From an uncultured Nesterenkonia sp. (GTDB lineage: Bacteria; Actinomycetota; Actinomycetes; Actinomycetales; Micrococcaceae), in the NCBI GenBank assembly GCA_946221825.1, contig CAMINA010000001.1, forward strand, positions 1-42,992: a DNA stretch of 42,992 nt, written 5' to 3'. Under the pieces are notes generated by a model. The model was not told where the DNA came from. It saw only the letters and a program-made list of their open reading frames with translations, and searched no databases. A program made the translations under genes and the position numbers. Below are positions 17,979 to 28,200 of the stretch, piece after piece. Numbering within the stretch: position 1 is the first letter of the stretch; each line of letters starts with the position of its first letter.

Positions 17979-20579
17979 GTGCCCACTCTGCTCGAACGGA
18001 TCCTCAAGACTGGGGATAAGAAGATCCTCAAGACGCTGCGCGGCTACGCCGACGCGGTCAACCTGCTCGAGGATGAGTTCAGGGAGCTCAGCGACGATGA
18101 GCTCCGCGCTGAGACCGACCGCTATAAGGAGCGCCTTGAGGGCGGCGAGTCGCTGAATTCGCTGCTGCCCGAGGCCTTCGCCGCTGTGCGGGAGGCGGCC
18201 GACCGCACGTTGGGTATGCGTCACTTCGACGTCCAGCTCATGGGCGGTGCTGCCCTGCACCTGGGCAAGATCGCGGAGATGGGCACCGGTGAGGGCAAGA
18301 CCCTGGTGGCCACGGCTCCGGCCTACCTCAACGCGCTCTCCGGCAAGGGTGTGCACGTCGTGACCGTCAACGACTACCTGGCCAAGTATCAGGCCGAGCT
18401 GATGGGCCGTGTCTTCCGCTTCCTGGGAATGGAGACCGGAGTCATCACCAACGGGATGCAGCCTTCTGAGCGCAAGAAGGCCTACGACGCCGACATCACC
18501 TACGGAACGAACAACGAGTTCGGCTTCGACTTCCTCCGCGACAACATGGCCCAGTCACTGGATGACCTGGTCCAGCGCGAGCACCACTACGCGATCATCG
18601 ATGAGATCGACTCCATCCTCATCGATGAGGCGCGGACCCCGCTGATCATCTCCGGGCAGGCCACCGGCGACATCTCCCGGTGGTACAACGACTTCGCCAC
18701 TCTGGTGACCCGTCTGACTCTGGACGAGGACTATGAGGTGGACGAGAAGAAGCGCACAGCGGGTGTCACCGAGTCCGGCATCGACAAGGTCGAGGACTAC
18801 CTGGGCATCGAGAATCTCTACGAGACCCAGAACACCACGCTGATCCAGTACCTGAACAACGCCATCCGAGCCAAGGAGCTCTACGTCCGGGACAAGGACT
18901 ACGTGGTGGTCAAGGGCGAAGTGCACATCGTCGATGAGCACACCGGCCGCATTCTGAAGGGCCGTCGCTACAACGAGGGGCTCCACCAGGCCATCGAGGC
19001 CAAGGAGAACGTCCGCATCAAGGCGGAGAACCAGACCCGCGCCACGGTGACCCTGCAGAACTACTTCCGCGGCTACGAGAAGATCTCCGGCATGACCGGT
19101 ACCGCCGAGACTGAGGCCGCCGAGTTCATGTCCACCTATAAGCTCCAGGTGGTCCCGATCCCGCCGAACCGCCCGCGTCAGCGGGAGGACCTCAATGACC
19201 TGGTCTACAAGAACGAGGTCGTGAAGTTCGACGCCGTCCTGAAGGACATCGTCAAGCGGCACAAGAAGGGCCAGCCCGTGCTGGTCGGCACCGAGTCGGT
19301 GGACAAGTCTGAGTACCTCTCCAAGCTGCTGGCCAAGGCCGGGGTGAAGCACGAGGTGCTCAACGCGAAGAACCACGAACGTGAGGCGGCCATCGTCGCC
19401 CAGGCCGGACGCAAGGGTGCGGTCACTGTGGCCACCAATATGGCCGGCCGCGGCACGGACATCATGCTCGGCGGCAACTCTGAGTTCAACGCCGTGCGTC
19501 AGATGGAGAAGCTCGGCCTGGACCCCGAGCGTGACGCCGAGGAGTACGAGGAGAAGTGGGACGAGGTCTTCGCCCAGGCCAAGGAGGAGGCCAAGGAGGA
19601 AGGCGATGAGGTCCGCGAACTCGGTGGCCTCTATGTGCTCGGCACGGAGCGCCACCAGTCCCGCCGGATCGACAACCAGCTGCGCGGCCGCTCCGGTCGT
19701 CAGGGGGATCCCGGCGAGTCCCGGTTCTACATCTCACTGACCGATGACCTGATGCGCCTGTTCAATCAGGCCGCCGCGGCTCGGATCATGAACTCCAAGG
19801 CCATGGACGATGAGATCCCAGTGGAGCACAAGTTCGTCTCTGGTGCGATCGCCAATGCGCAGCAGCAGCGCGAGGGGCAGAACACTGAGATCCGCAAGAA
19901 CGTCCTGAAGTACGACGACGTCATGAACCGCCAGCGTGAGGCGATCTACTCGGATCGTCGCCGCATCCTGGAGGGCAGCGACGTCCACGAGAAGGTCCAG
20001 CACTTCATCGAGGACGCTGTGGGTCTGATGATCAGCGAGAAGACCAACGCCCCCTCCTCTGAGGACTGGGATCTCGAGGGGCTCTGGGAGGAGCTGGAAT
20101 CGCTCTACCCGATCTCGCTGAGCATCGAGGACCTCGTCGAAGAGGCTGGCGGCGTGGACCAGCTGACCACCAAGCTGCTCAAGCGCGAGATCATCTCCGA
20201 CGCCAAGATCGCCTACGAGAAGAAGGAAGCAGAGATCGGCACGGAAAACCTCCGTCAGCTCGAGCGCCGCGTCCTCCTCTCGGTGATCGATGAGAAGTGG
20301 CAGGAGCACCTCTACGAGATGGACTACCTCAAGTCCGGCATCGGACTGCGTTCCATGGCTCAGCGTGACCCGCTGGTGGAGTACCAGCGCGAGGGCTACG
20401 AGCTGTTCCAGACGATGGCCGACAGCATCCGCGAGGACTCAGTGCGCTATCTGTTCAACGCCGAGGTCCAGGCGGTGCCTGAGGGCGGCGACGCGCCCTC
20501 CCTTCCCGGTGTGAAGGATGGGCGCCTGGCGGTCTCCTCCAATGGTGCCAAGCAGGAGACCAGCAGCACCTCAGCCTAG
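17979..20579 (+). CDS. secA: Protein translocase subunit SecA
   Basis: [78 protein letters not shown]. Confidence 0.98.
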   Translation: MPTLLERILKTGDKKILKTLRGYADAVNLLEDEFRELSDDELRAETDRYKERLEGGESLNSLLPEAFAAVREAADRTLGMRHFDVQLMGGAALHLGKIAEMGTGEGKTLVATAPAYLNALSGKGVHVVTVNDYLAKYQAELMGRVFRFLGMETGVITNGMQPSERKKAYDADITYGTNNEFGFDFLRDNMAQSLDDLVQREHHYAIIDEIDSILIDEARTPLIISGQATGDISRWYNDFATLVTRLTLDEDYEVDEKKRTAGVTESGIDKVEDYLGIENLYETQNTTLIQYLNNAIRAKELYVRDKDYVVVKGEVHIVDEHTGRILKGRRYNEGLHQAIEAKENVRIKAENQTRATVTLQNYFRGYEKISGMTGTAETEAAEFMSTYKLQVVPIPPNRPRQREDLNDLVYKNEVVKFDAVLKDIVKRHKKGQPVLVGTESVDKSEYLSKLLAKAGVKHEVLNAKNHEREAAIVAQAGRKGAVTVATNMAGRGTDIMLGGNSEFNAVRQMEKLGLDPERDAEEYEEKWDEVFAQAKEEAKEEGDEVRELGGLYVLGTERHQSRRIDNQLRGRSGRQGDPGESRFYISLTDDLMRLFNQAAAARIMNSKAMDDEIPVEHKFVSGAIANAQQQREGQNTEIRKNVLKYDDVMNRQREAIYSDRRRILEGSDVHEKVQHFIEDAVGLMISEKTNAPSSEDWDLEGLWEELESLYPISLSIEDLVEEAGGVDQLTTKLLKREIISDAKIAYEKKEAEIGTENLRQLERRVLLSVIDEKWQEHLYEMDYLKSGIGLRSMAQRDPLVEYQREGYELFQTMADSIREDSVRYLFNAEVQAVPEGGDAPSLPGVKDGRLAVSSNGAKQETSSTSA

Positions 20580-21077
20580 TTCGAGGGCGACCACGCGCCA
20601 CCGGCGCCGATGGGCCTCCAGGCGCAGAGCGCAGGCCCGGACACGGTGTTCGTCCCCGAACACCACGGAGCATTCCCATACGCCCTGTGCCACCTTCACG
20701 GTCCGCACCTGGTGGAAGGCCAGGGGACGGGGAGCCTTGGGAGCCAGGTCCTGGGCCTCGTGGGTGAGTTCCACCCGCTCTCTGACCTTGCTGTAGACCT
20801 GTGCCTCCAGCCAGCGCTGCAGCTGGACCACCGGGCGAAGACCGGCCAACGCTTCCATCGTGGCCTGGCAGACGATCCGCGCAATGGCGTTGATCTGACG
20901 CTCCTCTTCGGCCGAGGTGGCCAGAGCAGAGGGACGTCGGCCATCCCCTCGGGCGCTGCTGGCAGCGACCACATCTGTGGGAGTGCTGCTGCGCAGATCG
21001 CTGGCCAGCTCCCCCTCACGCTGCAGACGGAAGGTGCTTCTGGCGCGGATCAGCGGCGCTGGAGTGGTGACTGTCAT
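20571..21077 (-). CDS. Rv3235-family protein
   Basis: [34 protein letters not shown]...WRVVALELG; convergent with secA. Confidence 0.8.
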   Translation of the reverse strand: MTVTTPAPLIRARSTFRLQREGELASDLRSSTPTDVVAASSARGDGRRPSALATSAEEERQINAIARIVCQATMEALAGLRPVVQLQRWLEAQVYSKVRERVELTHEAQDLAPKAPRPLAFHQVRTVKVAQGVWECSVVFGDEHRVRACALRLEAHRRRWRVVALELG

Positions 21078-21123
21078 GGGTCTCTCCTCATCAGGTGGGG
21101 GGGCAGGACCGAGCCGGCGAGGC

Positions 21124-21999
21124 TCATCGCGCTGCCGGTGGCTTGTCCAGGACGATGCCCGGAGCGAGAGTTCCGGGGTCATCGCCGATGGGGGCGGCAT
21201 TGAGTTCGTACCAGCGAGGCCACTCTCGGGCGATCTCCCAATCCGTGGCGCCCGGCCCCAGTTCAGCGGAGACCAACCCCCAGAGTGTGTCCCCCGGGCG
21301 TACAGTGATGCGGTCCTCCTCCCCAGGATCTGTGCGCTGACCTGCGCCCTGGTGGCGCTCGGCGGGGGCGGCTGGTGCGGTCGGGGTGAACAGCGGCGTC
21401 ATCGAGGCCTCCGTCTCGGCAGTGCTGGCAGGGTCGGTCGGGCTGGTGGGGCTGGCAGTGCTGGTAGGGCTGGTGGAGCTGATAGTGCTGATAGGACTGG
21501 CAGGGCTGGTCGTGATGAATGTGGGAGCGGGCGGAGCGTCCGCTGCGATGCCCTGGTCCGCGGGAGGCACGGCGTGAGCGAGGGCCGGAGAGGCTGCGAG
21601 TCCTCCCACAGCCAGGTGGGCGCTCAGCGTGACGATGAGAGTCCGTCGCATGAAGCTGGGGGAGAGGCTGTTGAACAGATGCTCTGCCCGCAGGGCACCC
21701 ACGCGGTGGGAGACCACCGCAGCTGCAGCCATCAGGACCGAGCCGAGGGTCAGCAGGGTGAGCAGAACCCCTCCCGCCACGGCGGCCAGCCCCATCACCT
21801 CATCCAGTGTCTGCAGGCTGCTGCGGCGCAGATCGGCGAAGCTCTGCGAGACCACCGCGCCGAGGGGTCCTGTGTTCGGGGCCGGGCCAGCGACCGTCGG
21901 CGCCAGGGCGCTGCCGCAGAGGATCAGGAGCGGCCCCGCGCTCAGTGTGATCACGGAGAGGCCGAGGTCCTGTCTTCGTGATGTCGATTCCTGATTCAT
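21124..21999 (-). CDS. Membrane-anchored LysM peptidoglycan-binding protein
   Basis: N-terminal hydrophobic segments, S/T/P-rich linker (21420-21510), TVRPGDTLWGLV...WYELNAAPIGDDPGTLAPGIVL. Confidence 0.85.
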   Translation of the reverse strand: MNQESTSRRQDLGLSVITLSAGPLLILCGSALAPTVAGPAPNTGPLGAVVSQSFADLRRSSLQTLDEVMGLAAVAGGVLLTLLTLGSVLMAAAAVVSHRVGALRAEHLFNSLSPSFMRRTLIVTLSAHLAVGGLAASPALAHAVPPADQGIAADAPPAPTFITTSPASPISTISSTSPTSTASPTSPTDPASTAETEASMTPLFTPTAPAAPAERHQGAGQRTDPGEEDRITVRPGDTLWGLVSAELGPGATDWEIAREWPRWYELNAAPIGDDPGTLAPGIVLDKPPAAR

Positions 22000-22002
22000 G
22001 CG

Positions 22003-22029
22003 TTTGATGCTATTTGATGTCTTATGGTG
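22003..22029. promoter_or_regulatory. Phased direct repeats TTTGATG (10-bp period) in LysM/hypothetical divergent promoter
   Basis: TTTGATG 22003-22009, TTTGATG 22013-22019, TATGGTG 22023-22029 in an AT-rich patch. Confidence 0.5.
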
Positions 22030-22086
22030 CCGCAAGAGATTTTTTCGTCTCATCCCGCGGTGATGTCATCGGCCTAGGATGGGTGG

Positions 22087-22632
22087 ATGCGGTGGGAATC
22101 ACTCTTCGATGACATGGAGGCCTCGTTCGCGGCGGCGTCGGAGGCGGAGCTGGAATCCGAGATTGCCGAGGCTGTGCGGCTGGAGCGCTCCGCCCTGCGC
22201 TTTGCAGACCGCCTACGAGCCAGTCGTGGGACCGAGGTTCAGCTGCGGATGACCGGCGGGCGGAGAGTCAGCCTGACGGTGGGTGTCGTCGGGGAGGACT
22301 GGCTCTCCGGGGCGGAGGGGCCGCGTGAGGTCCTGATCCCTGCCGGTGCGGTCCAGTCAGCAGTGGGGCTCGCCCGCCGGGCGGAGGCTGAGAGCAGTCA
22401 CGCGCGAAGGCGGCTGGGTATCACGGCACCGCTGCGCCGGTTGGCAAGGGACAGGGCGCAGGTGGTGGTGCTCGGGGTGGAGGGAGTCTTGGCGGAAGGG
22501 CTTCTGCTGGAGGTCGGCCGGGATGTTGTGGAGGTTCTTCCGGCGCCTCGAGGGGAGATCCCGCGCAGACGCCCGGCGCGGGATGCGGTGACGGTTCCGC
22601 TCGCCGCAGTCGTGATGGTCAGCGGTGCCTGA
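22087..22632 (+). CDS. Conserved actinobacterial hypothetical protein (MRWxxLFxD type)
   Basis: MRWESLFDDMEA start, VGEDW and VGRD motifs; TAGGAT 6 nt before ATG (leaderless). Confidence 0.75.
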   Translation: MRWESLFDDMEASFAAASEAELESEIAEAVRLERSALRFADRLRASRGTEVQLRMTGGRRVSLTVGVVGEDWLSGAEGPREVLIPAGAVQSAVGLARRAEAESSHARRRLGITAPLRRLARDRAQVVVLGVEGVLAEGLLLEVGRDVVEVLPAPRGEIPRRRPARDAVTVPLAAVVMVSGA

Positions 22633-22635
22633 GGC

Positions 22636-22866
22636 TCAGCTGGTGGATGAGGTCTGATCCGCGGAGGTGTTCTGCGCCCGTGCTTCTCGCTGGATCGCGT
22701 ACTGGCGTTCGATGAATTCGTCGAGCTTGGCCTCTTCCACCCGCCACTGGCCGCGCCCACCGATCTGGATCCCCTCCAGCTCTCCGCTCTTGATGAGGGC
22801 GCGTGTCTGAGACATGGTGATGTTCAGGGCTTCGCAGACATCAGGCAGGGTGAGGAAGCGTCGCAC
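22636..22866 (-). CDS. Small excisionase/BldC-like helix-turn-helix DNA-binding protein
   Basis: GGAGG RBS before GTG; RFLTLPDVCEALNI...LIKSGELEGIQIGGRGQWRV. Confidence 0.88.
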   Translation of the reverse strand: MRRFLTLPDVCEALNITMSQTRALIKSGELEGIQIGGRGQWRVEEAKLDEFIERQYAIQREARAQNTSADQTSSTS

Positions 22867-22912
22867 GGGGGCCTCCGAAGGCGCGTCGCGGGTGTGATCA
22901 GCTATGACGTCC

Positions 22913-22940
22913 TCATTTTAGTGTCATTTGTTTTCATTTG
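22913..22940. promoter_or_regulatory. Phased direct repeats TCATTT x3 in HTH/SAF divergent promoter
   Basis: TCATTT at 22913, 22924 and 22934 (11 and 10 bp spacing). Confidence 0.55.
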
Positions 22941-23046
22941 CACTTCCTGGATACTCTGACTCCAGACTCAGGGGCACTGAGTTTCTCGCCGCTGACGTTG
23001 GAAGAGGACTGTGCCTGATGAGGGGCATGGGGAATGGAGTCCACGG

Positions 23047-23796
23047 ATGAGCATGCCCACTGACGAGAGCCAGGAAGCCGCGGAACGTCTGCGCAGACCG
23101 GGTTGGAAGGACCCACGGCTGCTGGCGGGCGTGCTGATCGTTCTGCTCTCCGTCGCTGGAGTGACTGCTCTGGTCTCCTCTCAGGGTCGCACGGTTCCTG
23201 TCTACGCCGCGGATCGAGCCATGGCGGTAGGGGAACAGCTGCGTGAGGATGATCTGCGGATCGTCGAGGTCCGCATCGACGAGGTCTCGGATCAGTATCT
23301 CAGCGCCGAGCAGACGCCGGAGGCAGACCTGCAGTTCGTCGCCGTCGTCGATGAGGGCGAGCTCATCCCGCAGCGCGCCGTGGGGGTGTCAGACCCGCTG
23401 GGCCGCCAGGCAGTGACCCTGGAGGTGGAGCACGCCCTGGCCCAAGGCGTGGAGCCGGGCAGGGCCGTGGACCTCTGGGCGGTGCGCCAGGGGACGGTGG
23501 CCGAACAGGAAGAAGCCTCTCGGGCTGAGCAGCTCGTGGCGGCCGCCGAAGTCTCGGCGGTCAGCGAATCCTCCTCCACCTTCGGCTCCGCGACCGTCAT
23601 GACCGTGGAGCTCCTCATCGATCCTGACGACATGCCCGCCGTCCTGGAAGCACGCAGCTCGGCCGGGTCGCTCTCGATCATCCCCACCGGCGCAGATCCC
23701 GACAGCGCTGCCGATCCCGAAACCACAGAATCTGACAGTGCCGATCCCGACAGTGCCGATTCCGCCGACGGCACAGAGGCCGAGGAGACGGCATGA
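23047..23796 (+). CDS. SAF-domain / CpaB-like membrane-anchored protein
   Basis: RLRRPGWKDPRLLAGVLIV TM, VYAADRAMAVGEQLREDDL, GELIP, PGRAVDLW; acidic DPDSA tail. Confidence 0.75.
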   Translation: MSMPTDESQEAAERLRRPGWKDPRLLAGVLIVLLSVAGVTALVSSQGRTVPVYAADRAMAVGEQLREDDLRIVEVRIDEVSDQYLSAEQTPEADLQFVAVVDEGELIPQRAVGVSDPLGRQAVTLEVEHALAQGVEPGRAVDLWAVRQGTVAEQEEASRAEQLVAAAEVSAVSESSSTFGSATVMTVELLIDPDDMPAVLEARSSAGSLSIIPTGADPDSAADPETTESDSADPDSADSADGTEAEETA

Positions 23797-25235
23797 GGCG
23801 CTGCCCAGTCATCACCACCGGCACGATAGAGACCGACCACATCGCTGCACTCGAAGGGCTGCAGGGCACAGTCACAGTGGACCGACGCTGTGCTGACCTC
23901 GCCGAACTGACAGCTGCTGCTGAGGCGATGCGAGCAGACGCCGCCTTGGTCATCGGAAGCACCACGGCGCTGACCGCCTCGCTGATCGACCGTCTGCAGG
24001 GGGCCGGACTGCGCGTCGTCGTGATCTCGGACGTCGAGGAGGAGCGGAACCGCCTGGCAGCCCTGGGTGTGTCCGCCCATCCCGACCACGTCGAGGTCAC
24101 CCGTCTAGCTGAGGCACTGATGGGTGCACCAGCCCTGCCCGCCGCGTCAGACTCTCCTGTGCAGGTGGACCGTGACGCACCCCGCGGGCCCGAAGGGCTC
24201 CCGCCGTCGAACGTGGACACACAGGCTTCAGCCTTCGCGCCCGAAGAGATCTCTGCGGCCGGGATCTCTGCAGCGGAGATCGTCGAGGAGGCGGAGCTCC
24301 AAGAGTCCTCCTTCGAAGACGGCGACGACGCCGACGACGCCGACGCGTCCGCAGAGGGCGAGGGGGAACCGATCCCGCAGGAAGGCATCACCGCAGTCTG
24401 GGGTGCCCATGGCAGTCCTGGCCGCACGACGGTTGCGGTCAACATGGCCGCCGAGCTCGCGGTCGCCGGCCACAGGGTCCTGCTCATCGACGCCGACACC
24501 ACAGCTTCCGGAGTGGTCACCCACCTCGGACTGCTCGAAGAGTCCGCGGGGCTGGCTCAGGCCTGCCGTCAGGCCGATCTCGGGCGCCTCGATGCGGCCC
24601 GACTGCGCCGGGCCAGCGCTGTCGCCGAGGTCCGAGGCAGCCGTATGCATCTGCTCACCGGCCTGCCCCGGGCCAGCCGGTGGCCGGAGCTGCGCAGCCG
24701 CGCGCTGCGCGACGTTCTTCAGTTGGCGAGGAACGAATACCCCTACGTCATCGTCGATGTTTCAGCCTCCGTGGAGCAGGACGAGGAGCTGACCTACGAC
24801 ACGGCGGCTCCCCAGCGGCACGCCGCCACGGTCTGTGCTCTGCAGGAGGCTGACCGCGTCCTGGCGCTGGGCACCTGCGACCCGGTCGGTTTCCCCCGTC
24901 TGGTCAAAGCGCTGGAACACATCCGTGACGATGTTCCCGAGGCGCCCGCCGCCGAAGCCCTGATCACCAAGGTCCGTCGCGGCGTCGTGGGGCGCTCGCC
25001 CCAGGAACAGCTGCGCAGCACCTGGCAGCGCTTCGGCCCAGGGGGAGGGCACCCGGCCTTTCTGCCGTGGGATGCGGAGTCCTGCGACGCCGCGCTGCTG
25101 CAGGGCCAGACTCTGGCGGAGGCCGCGCCGGATTCGGAGCTGCGGCGCCGTATCGCGGAACTGGCCGGCGTCGATGTGCGGACCAGAAGACGGCGGCGTC
25201 TGAGCCTGCGCAGGCGCGAATCCGCGTTAGGCTGA
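23793..25235 (+). CDS. ParA/MinD/CpaE-like ATPase with N-terminal receiver-like domain
   Basis: AVWGAHGSPGRTTVAVNMAAELA, VLLIDADT, YVIVDV; ATGA overlap with SAF gene. Confidence 0.8.
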   Translation: MRRCPVITTGTIETDHIAALEGLQGTVTVDRRCADLAELTAAAEAMRADAALVIGSTTALTASLIDRLQGAGLRVVVISDVEEERNRLAALGVSAHPDHVEVTRLAEALMGAPALPAASDSPVQVDRDAPRGPEGLPPSNVDTQASAFAPEEISAAGISAAEIVEEAELQESSFEDGDDADDADASAEGEGEPIPQEGITAVWGAHGSPGRTTVAVNMAAELAVAGHRVLLIDADTTASGVVTHLGLLEESAGLAQACRQADLGRLDAARLRRASAVAEVRGSRMHLLTGLPRASRWPELRSRALRDVLQLARNEYPYVIVDVSASVEQDEELTYDTAAPQRHAATVCALQEADRVLALGTCDPVGFPRLVKALEHIRDDVPEAPAAEALITKVRRGVVGRSPQEQLRSTWQRFGPGGGHPAFLPWDAESCDAALLQGQTLAEAAPDSELRRRIAELAGVDVRTRRRRRLSLRRRESALG

Positions 25236-25282
25236 GAGAGCAGAAGCAGCAACAGGTCTCGACGCGGAAAGAGCAGGCGCAC

Positions 25283-28200
25283 ATGCCCGGTGAAAAGACT
25301 CTATGGACTGCCGATGATGACAGCCTGGATGATCTGGCAGAGGCGTACTACGCGCATATCGCCCGAGAGGACCTCTGGTCCGTCAGCTCTCAGGAACAGG
25401 TCGAACGGGTCCGTGCACACGTGGAGCTGGCCACCTCCCGCACCTCTTCTGAACCGCGTGCCGCCGTGGTCACCATCGGCCGACGCAGCATCGTGCTGGT
25501 GGTCACCGACGATATGCCGTACCTGGTGGACTCGGTCACCGCTGAGGTCACGCGCAACGGCTATGCGATGTCCCTGGTGGTCCATCCGGTCCTGCTGACC
25601 AGCCGCAGCCGGGACACACGTTCGCTGCTGGCGGTGAAGTCCGTCCCTGCACCGGAGCGTGGCCTCTCCTCCGGGGACACGCAGACCCTCCCGGACATCT
25701 CGGCCCTGCTCGCCGACGAGAACCACACAGCTCTGGAGTCCTGGATCGCTGTGGAACTGGACCAGGTCCTGGACGAGCAGGCCTCCGCCGAGCTGGTCGA
25801 AGGGCTCTACCGGGTGCTCGAAGACGTCAAGAGCAGCCACCGGGACCAGGAGCGCATGGCAGCCCGCTCCCGCGGTGCCGCCGGTCTGCTCCGTGAGGCC
25901 GAAGACCTGGTCGACTCTGACGAGGCCGCTGACCTGCTGGACTGGATGGCCGACGGGAACTTCCTCTTCCTGGGCTACCGCGAATATGAGCTCTCCACCG
26001 CCGAGGGCCCCTCCGGCAGCTGGGAGCCGGTCTCCGGGACGGGACTCGGCGTGCTGGCCGAACGCAGCGGCCAGGGCGCGCTGGAGCGTGCCGCCGAGAG
26101 CGTCGCAGCGGCCCCGGGACGCCGCCCTGAGGAGCGCCACGGCCTGGTGATCACCAAGGCCAATGCCCGCTCCACCGTCCGGCGGCGCACCTATATGGAC
26201 TATGTGGCGGTGAAGACCTATGGCCCGGACGGCTCTGTCCGGGGCGAACGGCGGTTCGTCGGACTCTTCAGCCAGCGGGCCTACACCCAGTCCATCGTCA
26301 ACATCCCGCTGCTGCGTCACCGCGCCACACAGCTGTTGGAGCGCTCCGGCTTCTCCGCGGACTCCCACTCCGGATCCGATCTGCTGCAGATCTTGGAGAC
26401 CTATCCGCGCAATGAGCTGCTTCAGATGACCATCGAGGAGATCGAGGAGATCTCCTGGCAGATCCTCCAGCTGCAGGAGCGCCGACGGATCAAGCTCTTC
26501 CTGCGCAAGGACCTCTACGGCCGGTTCATGACCGCACTGGTCTACCTGCCCAGGGACCGCTACAACACTGCGGTCCGGCGCCGTGTGGAGCAGGAGCTGA
26601 TGCGTTTCATCGACGCCGACTCCATCGACTTCAACGTCCGACTGACCGAGTCGGTGCTCGCTCGCGTCTTCTTCCGCATCCGCCTGCGCCAGGACGAGCG
26701 CAGCGAGGTCATGGAGATCTCCGAGGATGAGCTGCAGCGTCGGCTGGAACGGACCATCCGATCCTGGTCCGAGGGCATCGCGCAGGAGGCTCAGGATCGC
26801 TACTCGGCCGATGCCGCCGAACGCATCGCCGCACGGTGGGGAGAGGCCTTCCCGGACGACTACCGCGTGCTCTATGAGATCCCTGATGCCCTGGGGGACA
26901 TCGCGCAGTTCGAGATGTTGGAAGGCCAGGGCGCTCAGCAGCGCACACCCAGCGGCTCCCCGGTGCCGCGGATGCAGTTCTATCCGCCGCAGCAGTCCGG
27001 CGACGTCGCTCACATGCGGGTCAAGCTGTACCTGACCGAGCCCAAGACGCTCAGTGAGACCCTGCCGGTGCTCGATGACTTCGGGCTCTCCATCCTGGAC
27101 GAGCGTTCCTATGTGCTCAGCTGCGCCGACGGTACGAGCTTCTATCTCTACGATCTGGGTCTCTGCTACCCGGAGGGTGTGGACCCGCACACCACCATCG
27201 ATCTCTTCCGAGAGGCCTACACCGCCGTCCTGGCAGGGACGGCAGAGTCCGACATCTTCTCCCGGCTGGTGCTGCGCCTGGGCCTGGGCATCCATGACGT
27301 CATCGTGCTGCGTGCCTATGCCCACTACATGCGTCAGCTGGGCATCTCGCACTCCTTCGACTTCCTGGCCGAGGCCCTCCTGCAGAACCCTGAGGTCACC
27401 CGCGCGCTGATCTCGTGCTTCCGGGTCCGTTTCGACCCGAATCCCGAGCTCGAGGAGGGCCAGGACCGTGCCGCCGCCATGGAGCAGGCCCGCACCGCGG
27501 TGAAGACCGCGCTGGAGGATGTGCCCACCCTCGACGCCGACCGGGTGCTCTCCACATTCCTGAACCTCATCGAATCCACGCAGCGCACCAACGCCTACCA
27601 GGGCCACGAGTGGATCTCTCTGAAGCTCACACCTGCCACCATCGATGCCGCGCCTCAGCCGCGTCCCGCCCATGAGGTGTGGGTCTACTCGCCGCAGGTC
27701 GAAGGTGTGCATCTGCGATTCGACAAGGTCGCCCGCGGCGGTCTGCGCTGGTCGGACCGGCAGGAGGACTTCCGCACGGAGGTCCTCGGTCTGGTCAAGG
27801 CGCAGATGGTCAAGAACTCGGTGATCGTGCCCTCCGGCGCCAAGGGAGGGTTCTACGCCAAACAGCTGCCGGACCCGGCGCAGGACAGAGGAGCCTGGTT
27901 CGAGGCCGGCCGCGCCGCCTACCAGATCTTCATCCGCGGCCTGCTGGATATCACCGATCAGCAGGTGATCAGGGCCCAGGATGATCCGGAGGACCCGTCG
28001 GAAGGCGACGGTGCGCAGGCGGAGCAGGACGCAGAGATCCAGATCGTCCCGCCCCGGGATGTGGTCCGGCATGACGGCGACGACACCTATCTGGTGGTCG
28101 CTGCGGACAAGGGGACCGCCACCTTCTCCGACACCGCCAACGCCATCAGCCTGGAGTACGGCCACTGGCTGGGCGACGCCTTCGCCTCCGGCGGCTCGGT

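Noticed and set aside
21420..21510. 9-bp S/T/P repeats and other short coding repeats (35451, 42088, 23695) as arrays
   Set aside because: In-frame low-complexity linkers without unique spacers
22636..22866. Excisionase-like gene as evidence of a prophage or ICE
   Set aside because: No integrase, att repeats or phage genes adjacent; context is chromosomal
25067..25282. Upstream extensions of ORF-track starts (gdh 25067, mtrA 11827, kinase 33479, rpmI 38282, OmpA 1704)
   Set aside because: Overlap neighbouring genes or leaders; better starts with RBS or -10 lie downstream
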